The notes under the pieces are model-generated. The model ran no database searches. It saw nothing but the letters and a program-made list of their open reading frames with translations, and had not been told where the DNA came from. A stretch of 64,000 nt of DNA from Lachnospiraceae bacterium (GTDB lineage: Bacteria > Bacillota > Clostridia > Lachnospirales > Lachnospiraceae). The stretch is taken from positions 5,918 through 69,917 of the forward strand of contig JAFZVZ010000006.1 of NCBI GenBank assembly GCA_017617545.1, given 5' to 3'. Shown piece after piece: positions 1 through 10,061 of the stretch; the stretch's first letter is position 1; each line of letters begins with the position of its first letter. The position numbers were made by a program, and so were the translations under genes.

Positions 1-789
1 CGCCTTGCGGAACTGTCGGAAAATGATGAAGTAATACGCGTTAAAATTCACGCCGAACAGGATCATGAAGATCGTGACCACCCACTGGAGGTAGGGCGTG
101 TAGGACGCGAGGCTGTCGTTGCGAACGCCGAAGCCGCCCGTTCCGGCCGTGGCCATCGCGTGGTTCACGGACTCAAAGAAGCTCATGCCGCCGCAATACA
201 ACAGGATCATCTCGATCACGGTCAGTCCGATGTAGATCAAATACAGAATGCGGGCGGTGTGACGCACCTTGGGCACCAGCTTGCCGACCGAGGGGCCGGG
301 ACTCTCCGCTCGCATGATATTCATGTTGGAACCGCCGCTCAACGGCACGATCGCCAGCAGGAACACGAGAATTCCCATGCCGCCGATCCAGTGGGTCATG
401 CTTCGCCACAGAAGCGTAGTTCTCGCCAGATGTTCAACATCCCCGAGGATCGTGGCGCCGGTCGTGGTAAATCCGGACGCCGCCTCAAACATGGAGTCAA
501 TGAATCCCGGGATCTGCCCGCTGATGTACATCGGAAGTCCGCCGAAGAAGCTGAGCGCGAGCCAGCTCAACGCCGTCGCAACGCAGCCCTCCTTGAGGTA
601 GAACACCTGATCCTCCGGCTTGCGTCTCGTCAGAAGCCATCCGCACAATATGCAAAATGCGGCAACGCACAGGTAGTACCAGCCGACATTTTCCTTAAAC
701 CAGAGCGCGGCGGCGCAAGGACCGAGCAACAAAATGCCCTCGATCTTGAGAACCGATCCCAGAATATAACCGATCATCGCATTGTTCAT
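1..789 (-). CDS. trkH: TrkH/KtrB-family K+ transporter membrane subunit (3' end cut by window edge)
   Basis: Absent from the ORF track because it runs off the window. My minus-strand translation from ATG at 789 gives MNNAMIGYILGSVLKIEGILLLGP...SGFTTTGATIL...THWIGGMGILVFLLAIVP, polytopic and TrkH-like. Lies directly downstream of trkA. Confidence 0.8.
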   Translation of the reverse strand, partial: MNNAMIGYILGSVLKIEGILLLGPCAAALWFKENVGWYYLCVAAFCILCGWLLTRRKPEDQVFYLKEGCVATALSWLALSFFGGLPMYISGQIPGFIDSMFEAASGFTTTGATILGDVEHLARTTLLWRSMTHWIGGMGILVFLLAIVPLSGGSNMNIMRAESPGPSVGKLVPKVRHTARILYLIYIGLTVIEMILLYCGGMSFFESVNHAMATAGTGGFGVRNDSLASYTPYLQWVVTIFMILFGVNFNAYYFIIFRQFRKA

Positions 790-842
790 GCCTAATGCCC
801 CGCTTCTTGCTCTATTTGCCGATCATTGCCCTCGGACCCGCG

Positions 843-2204
843 TCAGTTCAGGATCTCCGTCAGACTCTGCATGCCGGCGTTCTTGGTGACGATCATAACC
901 GTGTCACCGACCTCGATGCTGTCGTGACCGCTCGGAATGATGATGTGACCATCTCGGTTGATGCACGCGATCAGGAGCTCCTTCTTCATTCGCTGACGCA
1001 TCTCCTTCAGCGGCTTGCCCGTGACCTCGGACTCCTCGTTGACGACGAACTCGATCGCCTCGACGCGGTGGTCGAACATGTGGTACAGCGTCTCGATGCT
1101 GTCGCTGCGGGACTCATTTTTCGCACGCACATACGCGACGATGGCCTCCGCGGTGATGTATCTCGGATAGATCACGCTGCCGAGCTCGAGGCTCTGGACA
1201 ACGCTCTTGAAATTCATGCGGTTGATCTTGGTGATGACCTTCGCGCCGGAGATCTTCTTCGCATACAGCGTCAGGATGATGTTAACCTCGTCGATACCCG
1301 TGAGCGGGACAAACGCATCCGCACGCTCGATACCCTCCTCCTTGAGGAGCGCTTCATCCGTGCCGTCGCCGTTGATGATGACAGCCTTCGGCAGCAGAAT
1401 GCTCAGCTCGTCGCAGCGCTCGCGGTTCTGCTCGATGATCTTGACCGCGACTCCGGCGTGCAGCAGTTCCTGCGCCAGATAGTAGGACGCCTTGCTTCCT
1501 CCGACGATCAGCGTGTCCCGCACTCGTCGGGACTTGAATCCGAACGTGTCCATGAAGGTTCGGATGTTTCGTCTCGAGGCGACGAAGGAAAGTGTGTCAC
1601 CCGCCTGTAGCCGGAACGAACCGGAGGGGATGAACACCTCGCCGTTGCGCTCGACCGCGCACACCAGCGCCCGCTGCGGGAGCTTCTTACCGATCTCCTC
1701 CAGCGACATGCCGGCAATCATATTGTTCTCCGGGATCGCGAGCTTGATGAGCTCCGCCTGCCCATGGGCAAACGATACTACCTCGAGGGCGGTGGGCAGC
1801 GCCAGAATACGCGCAGCCTCCTTCGCGGTCTCCATCTCGGGGTTGATGACAAGCGCCAGTCCCAGCTGCTCCTGCAGATAGCGCGACTCCTTGCTGTAGT
1901 CGGGCATGCGCACGCGCGCGATGGCCGCACACCGTCCGACGCGCTTGGCAACCGTACAGCACAGAAGGTTCAGCTCGTCCGCCTCAGTCACCGCGATCAT
2001 CAGGTCCGCCTGCTCGATCCCGGCCTCCATCAGCACGCTGTAGCTCGCACCGTTGCCGACGAGACCCATGACATCGTAGTTGTCGGTGATCGCCTGGATC
2101 TTCCGCGCCACAATGTCGATGATGGTGATGTCGTGGCCCTCATGCGCAAGCTGTTCTACAAGCGTAGAACCTACATTTCCGGCGCCTACGATGATGATCT
2201 TCAT
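843..2204 (-). CDS. trkA: Trk system K+ uptake protein TrkA (two NAD-binding/RCK units)
   Basis: MKIIIVGAGNVGSTL Rossmann motif, repeated as LIVGGSKASYYLA in the second half. Start trimmed to ATG 2204 (AGGGA RBS); the track ORF extends to 2231. Confidence 0.9.
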   Translation of the reverse strand: MKIIIVGAGNVGSTLVEQLAHEGHDITIIDIVARKIQAITDNYDVMGLVGNGASYSVLMEAGIEQADLMIAVTEADELNLLCCTVAKRVGRCAAIARVRMPDYSKESRYLQEQLGLALVINPEMETAKEAARILALPTALEVVSFAHGQAELIKLAIPENNMIAGMSLEEIGKKLPQRALVCAVERNGEVFIPSGSFRLQAGDTLSFVASRRNIRTFMDTFGFKSRRVRDTLIVGGSKASYYLAQELLHAGVAVKIIEQNRERCDELSILLPKAVIINGDGTDEALLKEEGIERADAFVPLTGIDEVNIILTLYAKKISGAKVITKINRMNFKSVVQSLELGSVIYPRYITAEAIVAYVRAKNESRSDSIETLYHMFDHRVEAIEFVVNEESEVTGKPLKEMRQRMKKELLIACINRDGHIIIPSGHDSIEVGDTVMIVTKNAGMQSLTEILN

Positions 2205-2296
2205 TCCCTGTTTGTCTCGTTTGGAACCCAAGGTATGCCTCCGTTCGCGGCTCTGCGGACCGCTGTGTCAAGTAACAGTATCATTTTCCGAAGCGA

Positions 2297-3733
2297 TCAC
2301 TCCGCCTCGGCAGCCTCCGCCTCCGGCTTCTCTTTCCTGCCCTTGCCGGCGCAGATAAACAACATCAATGCGATATAGTAGATCAGGATCAGTCCGAACG
2401 TGATCCACGTCATCAGATCCGAGCGCGACGCCATTCCGACGAACACCATCAGCACCGCGCCGAGCAGGATCGCATAGCTGCTGCCGATGATGAGGTTGTT
2501 GGCCGCGGGCGTCTCCAGCTTCGGATCGATCTCACGCAGCAGCAGGACGCCGGAGCTGATCGTGCCGGTCATCATGCCGTACATCGAGAGCAGGCCCTCG
2601 TAATAGTAGTCGCCGTACACGCGCTTGCACACGAACTTCAGGTGGATGAGCGTCACCGCCGCGCCTGCCACCGCCATCAGCGCGAAGGGCAGCCACAGAC
2701 CGGACAGCTGCTCGGGTTCGATCGAGCCGATACCCGCGACGATCATCGCGTCAAACGCAAGGCCCGAGATGCGGCTCAGCAGGTAGTTGTCCTGCGCGCG
2801 CTCGGCCTTCGGAAGCTTCTTGAGTCTCTTTCGGAAGATACTCCTCGCCGCGATGGCAAGTGCCGATCCGAGCATGAAGTTGAAGCCCCACAGCAAGCTT
2901 CCCACCGCGTCCTTCGCACCGGTCGAGATCGCTCCGATCCCGGTGATCAGGCCGCGTGTGATGATATATGTGAGAAGATAGATACCGAATACGATCGCCA
3001 GCTGAAGCGACAGGCGGTCCAGCGACTCCGATGCGGTCTCCTCGATCTTGTTCGGATCGTCCACCGTCACGGAACCGGCCACCGGCTCATAGTCCTTGCG
3101 GCGCAGGCGTCCCTTGCGCACGAGGTAGTTCATGTAGATGACGCCGACCACACACGCGGAGATGTATCCGGCCGCCGCGATCGCAAGGCCGAAGGAATGT
3201 CCGCCCGCGAAGCCGTTGCGCTCGAACGTGCTTCCGAAGTTGTTCGCCTGTCCGGGGCCCTGGCCGTAGCCCATCGGCAGCAGGATGCCGCTCGCCTTGT
3301 ACAGGTTCGGCATCACGGTGTATGCGAGTCCGAGGGAGATCACAAGACCGATCACGCCCTGGATCATATAGGAGCTCACGATGATCGCACCGCTCTTTAG
3401 GCCGACCATGCGCCCGCTCTTCTTCACGCTCTCCGCCGGCGTGCGCAGCGACATCGCGATAAATCCGACCGCAATACCGTGGTAGGTCAGGATCTGCAGC
3501 ACCTCATTGAACCGCAGATACGGCGCGCCGTCCGGGTTGAAGATGCCCGCCTGAACGCCGATCAGTTTGACCGCCAGCATCAGAAATCCGCCCAGCACCG
3601 CCGTCGGCAGCATGCTCTTGCGGAAAATCTTGTGCTTTCGCAGATAGATGGCACCGAGCACCATCACGGCGATCACACCGACAACAATTACCGAGTTCCA
3701 GGTAGTACTCTTCGCGTAGTCAATCAGTTGCAC
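2297..3733 (-). CDS. Polytopic membrane transporter, Na+/glutamate symporter (GltS)-like
   Basis: 478-aa multi-TM ORF. Resembles GltS by eye in segments such as GGHSFGLAIAAAGYISACVVG and YGMMTGTISSGVLLLREIDP. GTG start overlaps the upstream stop by 14 nt. Confidence 0.5.
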   Translation of the reverse strand: MQLIDYAKSTTWNSVIVVGVIAVMVLGAIYLRKHKIFRKSMLPTAVLGGFLMLAVKLIGVQAGIFNPDGAPYLRFNEVLQILTYHGIAVGFIAMSLRTPAESVKKSGRMVGLKSGAIIVSSYMIQGVIGLVISLGLAYTVMPNLYKASGILLPMGYGQGPGQANNFGSTFERNGFAGGHSFGLAIAAAGYISACVVGVIYMNYLVRKGRLRRKDYEPVAGSVTVDDPNKIEETASESLDRLSLQLAIVFGIYLLTYIITRGLITGIGAISTGAKDAVGSLLWGFNFMLGSALAIAARSIFRKRLKKLPKAERAQDNYLLSRISGLAFDAMIVAGIGSIEPEQLSGLWLPFALMAVAGAAVTLIHLKFVCKRVYGDYYYEGLLSMYGMMTGTISSGVLLLREIDPKLETPAANNLIIGSSYAILLGAVLMVFVGMASRSDLMTWITFGLILIYYIALMLFICAGKGRKEKPEAEAAEAE

Positions 3734-4976
3734 CTGCGTGTCCTCGTCTTTCCCGAAGGCTCGCCGCCTCCGTGTGTAAGTCTCTGTATTTCAGAGCGTT
3801 GAAGCTCTCATCGCCGCGGATATCGTAGGACCATGCATCGTCCCCGCCGTACGCGGCAATGTAATTTCTCGAATAGATCGCGATCTCGCGGAGGGTGTCC
3901 GTCATCGGGCCGTCCGCTGCCGGATTGTCGTCCGTCTCGGCGTTCCCGTACGTGACATACACGCCGTCGCGGTTCGCGTAAATCTCGCCCACACACTCCG
4001 TGAGCACCTTGTGGTCCTCGCCGATGCGGCGGACCGTCACGCGGTCGCGGAAGATCTCGCCGGCGTCGCTGCCGGTATCATCAAGCCGCTGCCGCAGCGC
4101 CTCCCGCTGCTGCTTGCACAGATCTCTCATGGAGTGCTCGCCGAGGTATCCGTACACATCGTACGCCGCCTCGTACCCGCAGGTACAGCGAAGCGTCTTG
4201 TTGTCGCTTGTGAGAGTCCCGAAGGCTCCGCATTGCGGGCACCGGTACAGCGTGCTCTCAATCCCCTTCGCCAGACGCTTGCCCTTGAACGCGATCCGCT
4301 CGCGCTCCTGCGCCTCGTACGCGTCCTCGTACAGGTCGCGCGCGATCGCCTCGTTGACCTCGCTGTCGCTCATCGCCTTCAGCTCCTCCGGGCTGTACAC
4401 GCGGATGAGCTTGCCGGTCACACGCCCTCTTCGGAGCGTCGTCGAAAACCGCGGCTGCGACAGGTATCCGCCCTCCATCCGGTAGGTGATCACGGAAACC
4501 CCGGCGTGCTTCGCCATTTTCCCCGTGGCCTCCGGGATCGGACACGTCACGCCGTCGAAGGAGCGGTTGCCCTCCGGGAACAGCATGACGCTGCTGCCGC
4601 TTCGGAGCGTCTTCAGTATGTTCATCACCGACCTGGCGCCGTCCTTGCCCTTGCGGTGCAGGATCGGGTGGAAATATCGCATCAAAAACCAGGTGCCGAA
4701 CCCCTTGCGGGCGATGTGCTCGCTCGCGACGAAGAACAGCTGCCGCTTGGCCGCAATCCCCATCAGGATCGGGTCCATCTCCATGTTGTGGTTCGCGAGC
4801 AGAAGGTACGGTCCCTTGATCTTCTTCAGGCTGTCATAGCGGAATCGGAACTTCAGCCGCACGAACGGCGTCATGATAAACCGGAAGAAGGCAAAGGCAA
4901 TCTTGTACCTTCGAAGCGCGCGACGATCACGCCGCGCCTGCTGCTTCTTCGTTTTGTCGCGTTTCGTCTGCGTCAT
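3720..4976 (-). CDS. Lysophospholipid (1-acyl-sn-glycerol-3-phosphate-type) acyltransferase with C-terminal extension
   Basis: H(x)4D motif LANHNMEMDP and FPEGNRS block of the PlsC family. Preferred start is ATG 4976 (MTQTKRDK); the track ORF reaches 5015. Confidence 0.8.
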   Translation of the reverse strand: MTQTKRDKTKKQQARRDRRALRRYKIAFAFFRFIMTPFVRLKFRFRYDSLKKIKGPYLLLANHNMEMDPILMGIAAKRQLFFVASEHIARKGFGTWFLMRYFHPILHRKGKDGARSVMNILKTLRSGSSVMLFPEGNRSFDGVTCPIPEATGKMAKHAGVSVITYRMEGGYLSQPRFSTTLRRGRVTGKLIRVYSPEELKAMSDSEVNEAIARDLYEDAYEAQERERIAFKGKRLAKGIESTLYRCPQCGAFGTLTSDNKTLRCTCGYEAAYDVYGYLGEHSMRDLCKQQREALRQRLDDTGSDAGEIFRDRVTVRRIGEDHKVLTECVGEIYANRDGVYVTYGNAETDDNPAADGPMTDTLREIAIYSRNYIAAYGGDDAWSYDIRGDESFNALKYRDLHTEAASLRERRGHAGATD

Positions 4977-5060
4977 TATGATACCCCGTGTGTATTGATT
5001 TACGCCCCCCGACACACAGAAAAACTACTCTTTATCATACTCCAAACGCCCCGAAAAGTA

Positions 5061-5091
5061 AAGGGAAACGCGCAATCCCGGCGTTCCCCTT
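5061..5091 (-). terminator. Hairpin downstream of the metallophosphoesterase gene
   Basis: Arms aagggaaacgc / gcgttcccctt (one mismatch), followed on the minus strand by tactttt. Confidence 0.4.
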
Positions 5092-5102
5092 TCGTGACGT
5101 TT

Positions 5103-5711
5103 TTATTCGGCATTTTCCAACTCGATCCACTCGTCGAGCGTGAGCGGCGTGTAGTCCGAGCGCATGCAAAAACAGTTGATCATCTCACACGGAATGTGCG
5201 ACGGCTCACTCTCCCCGCGGACCGTCCGCGTGCAGGCGCGCGTCTCCGCCACAAACCGCTTCATGAGCTCCGCGTCGTACGTGTTGTGGACGTGACCGTA
5301 AAGCATGTACGTCCTCGCGGCGCCCTCGCCGTTCACGCGGTACTGCCCGTTGTAGCACATCACCGGATAGTGGCACAAAATGACCTTGCGGCAGTTGTCG
5401 CTCATCTCCTTGTACGCGTGGATCCAGCCGAACAGACTCGTGTCAAACCGGCTGCTCTGCGCAAAACGGTCGTGGTTTCCCGCGATCAGGAACTTCTTCC
5501 CCTGCAGCCGCCGCAATACCTCCGTCGTCTGCTCGGGCGTTCCGAGTGAAAAATCCCCTAAGATGACGACCTCGTCCTTCTTCTTGACGCGCGCGTTCCA
5601 CCGCTCGATCATGTACTCGTTCATGCTCTCCGCGTCCGCGAACCCGCGCTTGTCCATCATCGTGTTCAAACTGTTATGAAAAAAATGCAAGTCCGATATA
5701 TAGAATCTCAT
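5103..5711 (-). CDS. Metallophosphoesterase family protein
   Basis: MRFYISDLHFFH, ILGDF, AGNHD and YGHVHN metal-binding blocks. Start ATG 5711 overlaps the upstream stop (ATGA). The R/G/A-rich N-terminal 63 aa of the track ORF were discarded. Confidence 0.8.
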   Translation of the reverse strand: MRFYISDLHFFHNSLNTMMDKRGFADAESMNEYMIERWNARVKKKDEVVILGDFSLGTPEQTTEVLRRLQGKKFLIAGNHDRFAQSSRFDTSLFGWIHAYKEMSDNCRKVILCHYPVMCYNGQYRVNGEGAARTYMLYGHVHNTYDAELMKRFVAETRACTRTVRGESEPSHIPCEMINCFCMRSDYTPLTLDEWIELENAE

Positions 5712-6481
5712 TCGCTCCTCTTCTCCGCCACCTCGGCGAGCGCCTGCTCCTTCGCCTCCCGCTCCTTCGCGCGCAGCGCATTTTTCGCAGCGTTCATCGC
5801 CTCGCGGGCGCGGCCGTAGTAGATCGCCATCAGGATCGCCACCGCGAACACGAGCGTCAGCGGGAGCACGACCCACTGCGCGATCAGCGTCATGAGGCAA
5901 GCCATAGCGTGGATCGCCACTGCGACACAGCCGAGCCGGCCGTCAAACGGTGTCTCCGCCTCTTTGCACACCTCGCGCACATGCAGCACGATCAGGATAT
6001 TGGCGATCATTTGGAAAATGCTCGCAAACCACACAAGATGCATCCACCGGCCGTACTCGGACCAGAAGTCCGGACCCATGGCCAGCAGGAGCATCTTCAG
6101 CGCGACATCCACGCGCAGCAGCAGGGACGCCTTGAAAAATGCGCCGATCTGCTTCGAAGCCGCATGGATCGCACTCATCTCCGAGATGCTGAACACAAGC
6201 GACAACAGGCCTCCGACGACGTACACGACGATCGTCATGATCCCTGCCGCAAACCCTACAAGCATAATGCCGACCATATCCCGGTACTGCTGCTTCATCG
6301 TCCAGTTGAAGGCGCCGTCCAGCACGCTGCACTCCCCGAAGTCCGCGCGCTGAAACAGCGTGATGACCACACTCCATGCATAGATCAAAAAAGCGCCCCA
6401 AAGAACGGCCTGCACCTTCTTCGTGGTGTCAAGCAGGCCGAACGCCGAGGCGGATACGGAATAGTTGTTGCCGGTATTCAT
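5708..6481 (-). CDS. Hypothetical polytopic membrane protein with K/E/A-rich C-terminal tail
   Basis: 257-aa ORF with about 6 hydrophobic segments and a tail NAAKNALRAKEREAKEQALAEVAEK. No family recognised. Confidence 0.6.
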   Translation of the reverse strand: MNTGNNYSVSASAFGLLDTTKKVQAVLWGAFLIYAWSVVITLFQRADFGECSVLDGAFNWTMKQQYRDMVGIMLVGFAAGIMTIVVYVVGGLLSLVFSISEMSAIHAASKQIGAFFKASLLLRVDVALKMLLLAMGPDFWSEYGRWMHLVWFASIFQMIANILIVLHVREVCKEAETPFDGRLGCVAVAIHAMACLMTLIAQWVVLPLTLVFAVAILMAIYYGRAREAMNAAKNALRAKEREAKEQALAEVAEKRSE

Positions 6482-6553
6482 ACGATCACCCCCAACGGGC
6501 CGCTACGGCAGCCCTTTGGGGTGATTATACCGCGTTTCCGAAATGCGGTCAAG

Positions 6554-6580
6554 AAGGGGGGACCTGAACCGTTCCCCCTT
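6554..6580 (-). terminator. Weak hairpin after the ABC-2 transporter operon
   Basis: aaggggg / ccccctt stem with a 13-nt loop immediately after the stop at 6598. Poor U-tract. Confidence 0.3.
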
Positions 6581-6597
6581 GTCATTTCTGTTCGGTT

Positions 6598-7764
6598 TTA
6601 CGCCGTTGCTTTGCGGGGCACCACGTTCACGTAGCGTGTGCGGCGCACCATCATCGTGAGGAGCACGAACATCAGCACGTAGCCGGCCTGAATGCCGAGT
6701 GCGAGCGCGGCCTCACCGCTGTCAAACGGAATATCTCCGCCGAGCATGCGGATGATGCGGATGTACCAATATGCGGGAAGGAACCGGCTCACGGTCTCCA
6801 CTCCGCTGCCGAGAAGCGCCTGATCCACGAAGATGCCGCACAAAAAGCACATGCTCAGGGACACCAGCTGCGTGAGGAGGCTGACCACGGTGCTGCTCGG
6901 AGAGAACTCCGAGACGAAGAGCGACAGCACTGCCGCAAACAGCGCGAACAGCAGACTGTTTGCCACGGCGAGCCACAGCCGCCCGGATACCATCGCGCCG
7001 CTCATCAGCGTTCCGATCACCAGGAACACAAGCCAGATGGCACCGACGTACACCGCGCTCGCCCCGAACAGCTGCATCGTGTACGAGTGCGGGCGGATGC
7101 CCGAGCAGTCGGTTCGGAAGCGGATGTCCTTTTTGTTCATTGCGATCAACGCGGGACACAGCGAGTTCAGGATCACGCATAGGAGGATGTAGGGCATGTA
7201 CCGAAGGAACATCAGCAGATCATTCTCCGGGGTGTCGTTGCCCTCGCTCTCTGTGAGGATCGTCACCTCAGCCTCGTTGGCGAGCGCCTCAGCCGCCGCC
7301 CTCGACGCCTCCTCGGTGGTCCGGCCGAGTTTCAGGTACGCCTCGACGCTGTTCACGTATTTTTCGATGAGCATGCGTACGTTGACGACCGAATAACTGT
7401 CGTGGATGTGGCGATGCGTGATGAGCTCCTCGGTGTCACCCGAGGCCAGTCTCTTCGCATACCCTTCCGGGATCGTCATCACACTGTCCACGCGTTCGTA
7501 GTACATCGCGTCCGTCAGATCATCGTCATTTTCAAACGGTTCGACGATCTTGTTTCCCTTCGAGACAAACTCCGCAAGCATCCTGCTCTCCGGCGTGTTG
7601 TCGTTGTCCTCGATCACGATCGCAAGCTGTGTCTTCTCCCACACGTTGTCCGCCGAGTTTGTCCTCGTCATGATGATACCGACGATGAAAAACAGAACGA
7701 TATAGATGGCCGAGGCGCCGAATTTGCTGCGAAGCACTCGCAAAAAAGCGTTAAATACTTGCAT
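6598..7764 (-). CDS. ABC-2 type transporter permease
   Basis: N-terminal TM, large extracytoplasmic loop, then a cluster of 5 TMs. Start trimmed to ATG 7764 (MQVFNAFLRVL), overlapping the upstream permease by 14 nt. Confidence 0.75.
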   Translation of the reverse strand: MQVFNAFLRVLRSKFGASAIYIVLFFIVGIIMTRTNSADNVWEKTQLAIVIEDNDNTPESRMLAEFVSKGNKIVEPFENDDDLTDAMYYERVDSVMTIPEGYAKRLASGDTEELITHRHIHDSYSVVNVRMLIEKYVNSVEAYLKLGRTTEEASRAAAEALANEAEVTILTESEGNDTPENDLLMFLRYMPYILLCVILNSLCPALIAMNKKDIRFRTDCSGIRPHSYTMQLFGASAVYVGAIWLVFLVIGTLMSGAMVSGRLWLAVANSLLFALFAAVLSLFVSEFSPSSTVVSLLTQLVSLSMCFLCGIFVDQALLGSGVETVSRFLPAYWYIRIIRMLGGDIPFDSGEAALALGIQAGYVLMFVLLTMMVRRTRYVNVVPRKATA

Positions 7765-8881
7765 ACTTCTTCCTCCTTGAGAGCACCACTCCGAGCGTTG
7801 CGAACAACACAATATAGATCAGCATTCCGACGATCTTCGTGATGAATCTGCGGTAGTCGCTGTACATGTTCAGGCAGTAGAAGCTGTCCGACATGATCGC
7901 GACCGGGTTCACCCGGTTCACCCAGGGTGCATGCTCCGCGAGAATGCCCTTCATGTTGCCCATCATCAGACCGCTCAGGAAACACAGGCCCATGGAAACG
8001 GTCATGGAGATCGCCTCCTTGATGTCCTGCTTCATGCGGCCTGCGCATCCTACGAAAAATCCCATCGTCACGCCGAGGAAGCCGCTCAGGATCGCCGCGA
8101 AATACAGCAGGAGCATGTTGCCTCCGAAGTGGATCCCCAGCACGAACCGCAAAAACGTAACACACAGGATCATGCATGCGGACTGGGCGATGTAGCTTCC
8201 GGCGAGTCCCGCCAGAAGGTTGACTCTCTTCGGCGTCGCCGAGCAGTTCTTGCGCGCGCCGAGCGTCGACTGGTTCGCCTGGTTGTCCGTCGCGATGTGC
8301 AGCCCCGTCATGTTGCCGCAGATCGCGACCATGGCGATCAGATTGTAAAAATATTGTACGTAGACATCGGTGTTGTCCGCGTTGGACGAGACCTCGCGGC
8401 ACACCTTCACCTCCGCGGAGAGCGCCTGTATCGCACTCTGCACGGAAGCCGGATCGGTCGCGATCGCGTCCCGGATCACCGTCTCATAGAGATTGCATTG
8501 GGAAATGATCTCCTGCAACACGGTCTGAGACATTCCCTTGCCGCTGACGCTCAGCTCCACGGTCTCTCCGACATAGACGATGCCGGTCACCTCGCCGTCG
8601 AACAGCATTTTCCGCGCCGTCTCGTCGTCCGTGACCGTCGCCTTGAGCGCCGGCTCCTCGCCCTCCGTGAGAGCGGTGAGCATGCCGGCGAACACTTCAT
8701 TTTCCGAAGTCTGAACGACCGCCACCGGGATGGTGTTGAACATTTCGTTGTTCGCGTAGATCGAACCGAATGCGACCTTGAACAGCGTCCCGAGGAAGAT
8801 CGGGAACAACATCATCCAGAGGATGAAATCCTTGGCGCGGAAGACCAGCTTCAACTCATATTTCAGGTTGTGTAAAAACAT
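7751..8881 (-). CDS. ABC-2 type transporter permease
   Basis: Same TM1, large loop, 5-TM layout as its paralogous neighbour. Immediately follows the ATPase gene. Confidence 0.75.
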   Translation of the reverse strand: MFLHNLKYELKLVFRAKDFILWMMLFPIFLGTLFKVAFGSIYANNEMFNTIPVAVVQTSENEVFAGMLTALTEGEEPALKATVTDDETARKMLFDGEVTGIVYVGETVELSVSGKGMSQTVLQEIISQCNLYETVIRDAIATDPASVQSAIQALSAEVKVCREVSSNADNTDVYVQYFYNLIAMVAICGNMTGLHIATDNQANQSTLGARKNCSATPKRVNLLAGLAGSYIAQSACMILCVTFLRFVLGIHFGGNMLLLYFAAILSGFLGVTMGFFVGCAGRMKQDIKEAISMTVSMGLCFLSGLMMGNMKGILAEHAPWVNRVNPVAIMSDSFYCLNMYSDYRRFITKIVGMLIYIVLFATLGVVLSRRKKYASI

Positions 8882-8891
8882 GTGCTTATCC

Positions 8892-9842
8892 TCACTCCTT
8901 TGAATCGCGCAGCGCCGTTCCGGTGATCTCCAGGAACACGTCGTTCAGTGTCGGCAGCTCCGAGAACACGCGGCCGAAGCCGAGCTCCGCCTCCTGCAGC
9001 ACCGCAAGGATGCGGATCAGATTGTGGCGTCCGCCGGTGCAGCGCACCATCAGCTTGGTTCCGTCGTATTCGGTCTCGTACACGTGCGGCAGGCTCGCGA
9101 TCTTCTCGCGCACATTGTCCGGCAGGTCGAGGATCTCGATCGACACGCTCTCGGTGTTGCGGATCATTCCCTTGAGCTCGTCCTTCGTGCCCTCCGCGAT
9201 CTTACGGCCCTTGTCCATGATCGCGATGCGCGTGCAGATCTGCTCAACCTCCTCCATGTAGTGCGAGGTGTAGATGATCGTTGCGCCCTGGCGATTCAGC
9301 TCCTGGATCCCCTCCAGGATGCGGTTCCGGCTCTGCGGATCGACCGCCACCGTCGGCTCATCGAGGATGATGAGCTTCGGTTTGTGGGCGATGCCGCAGG
9401 CGATGTTGAGTCTTCGCAGCAGACCGCCCGAGAGCTTCTGCGGGCGGAACTTCACGAAGTCCTCCAGCCCGACGAACCGGATCGCATCCTCCACACAAGC
9501 CTTGCGTTTCTCCTTGTCCGTGATATATAAACCACAGAAGTAATCGATGTTCTCGCGCACCGTGAGCTCGTCGAGCACGGCGACATTTTGCATGATCACA
9601 CCGATCTCCCCCTTGATGTCGTAGCTCGTCGGCTTCATCTCCTGCCCGAACACCTCGATCTCGCCCTTGTCGTACGTCAAAAGAGACAGCAGGCAGTTGA
9701 TCGTCGTCGTCTTGCCCGAGCCGTTCGGACCGAGCAGACCGAAGATCTCGCCCTCCTTGATCTCGAGCGAAAAATGATCGAGCGCCACCAGTTCGCCGTA
9801 CCGCTTCACCAGGTTGTCAATCTTTACTACCGTAGGTTTCAT
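8892..9842 (-). CDS. ABC transporter ATP-binding protein
   Basis: Walker A GPNGSGKTT, signature LSGGLLRRL, Walker B LIILDEPT. Start trimmed to ATG 9842 (GAGGAAAAA RBS). Confidence 0.9.
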   Translation of the reverse strand: MKPTVVKIDNLVKRYGELVALDHFSLEIKEGEIFGLLGPNGSGKTTTINCLLSLLTYDKGEIEVFGQEMKPTSYDIKGEIGVIMQNVAVLDELTVRENIDYFCGLYITDKEKRKACVEDAIRFVGLEDFVKFRPQKLSGGLLRRLNIACGIAHKPKLIILDEPTVAVDPQSRNRILEGIQELNRQGATIIYTSHYMEEVEQICTRIAIMDKGRKIAEGTKDELKGMIRNTESVSIEILDLPDNVREKIASLPHVYETEYDGTKLMVRCTGGRHNLIRILAVLQEAELGFGRVFSELPTLNDVFLEITGTALRDSKE

Positions 9843-10013
9843 GTTTCGTTTTTCCTCGCTTTCGTCGCGTTGTTTCCTCTGTGTTCCTTCATTTGCCGAC
9901 CGCCCCACAACCCCGGTCGGCCATCGTATGACATAAGAATAGCGCGGGATCGCTCCCGCGCCAAGTGTGTTGCGTCATCATTTGTATGTGACAAATGTCA
10001 TGAGGTGACAGGG

Positions 10014-10058
10014 GTCGGTGGTGAGCCGGGGGGACGGGGTTAGTGGCTCACCACCGAC
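10014..10058 (-). terminator. 14-bp perfect inverted repeat after the yitT-like gene
   Basis: gtcggtggtgagcc ... ggctcaccaccgac with a 17-nt loop, 4 nt after the stop at 10062. No clear U-tract. Confidence 0.4.
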
Positions 10059-10061
10059 TAC

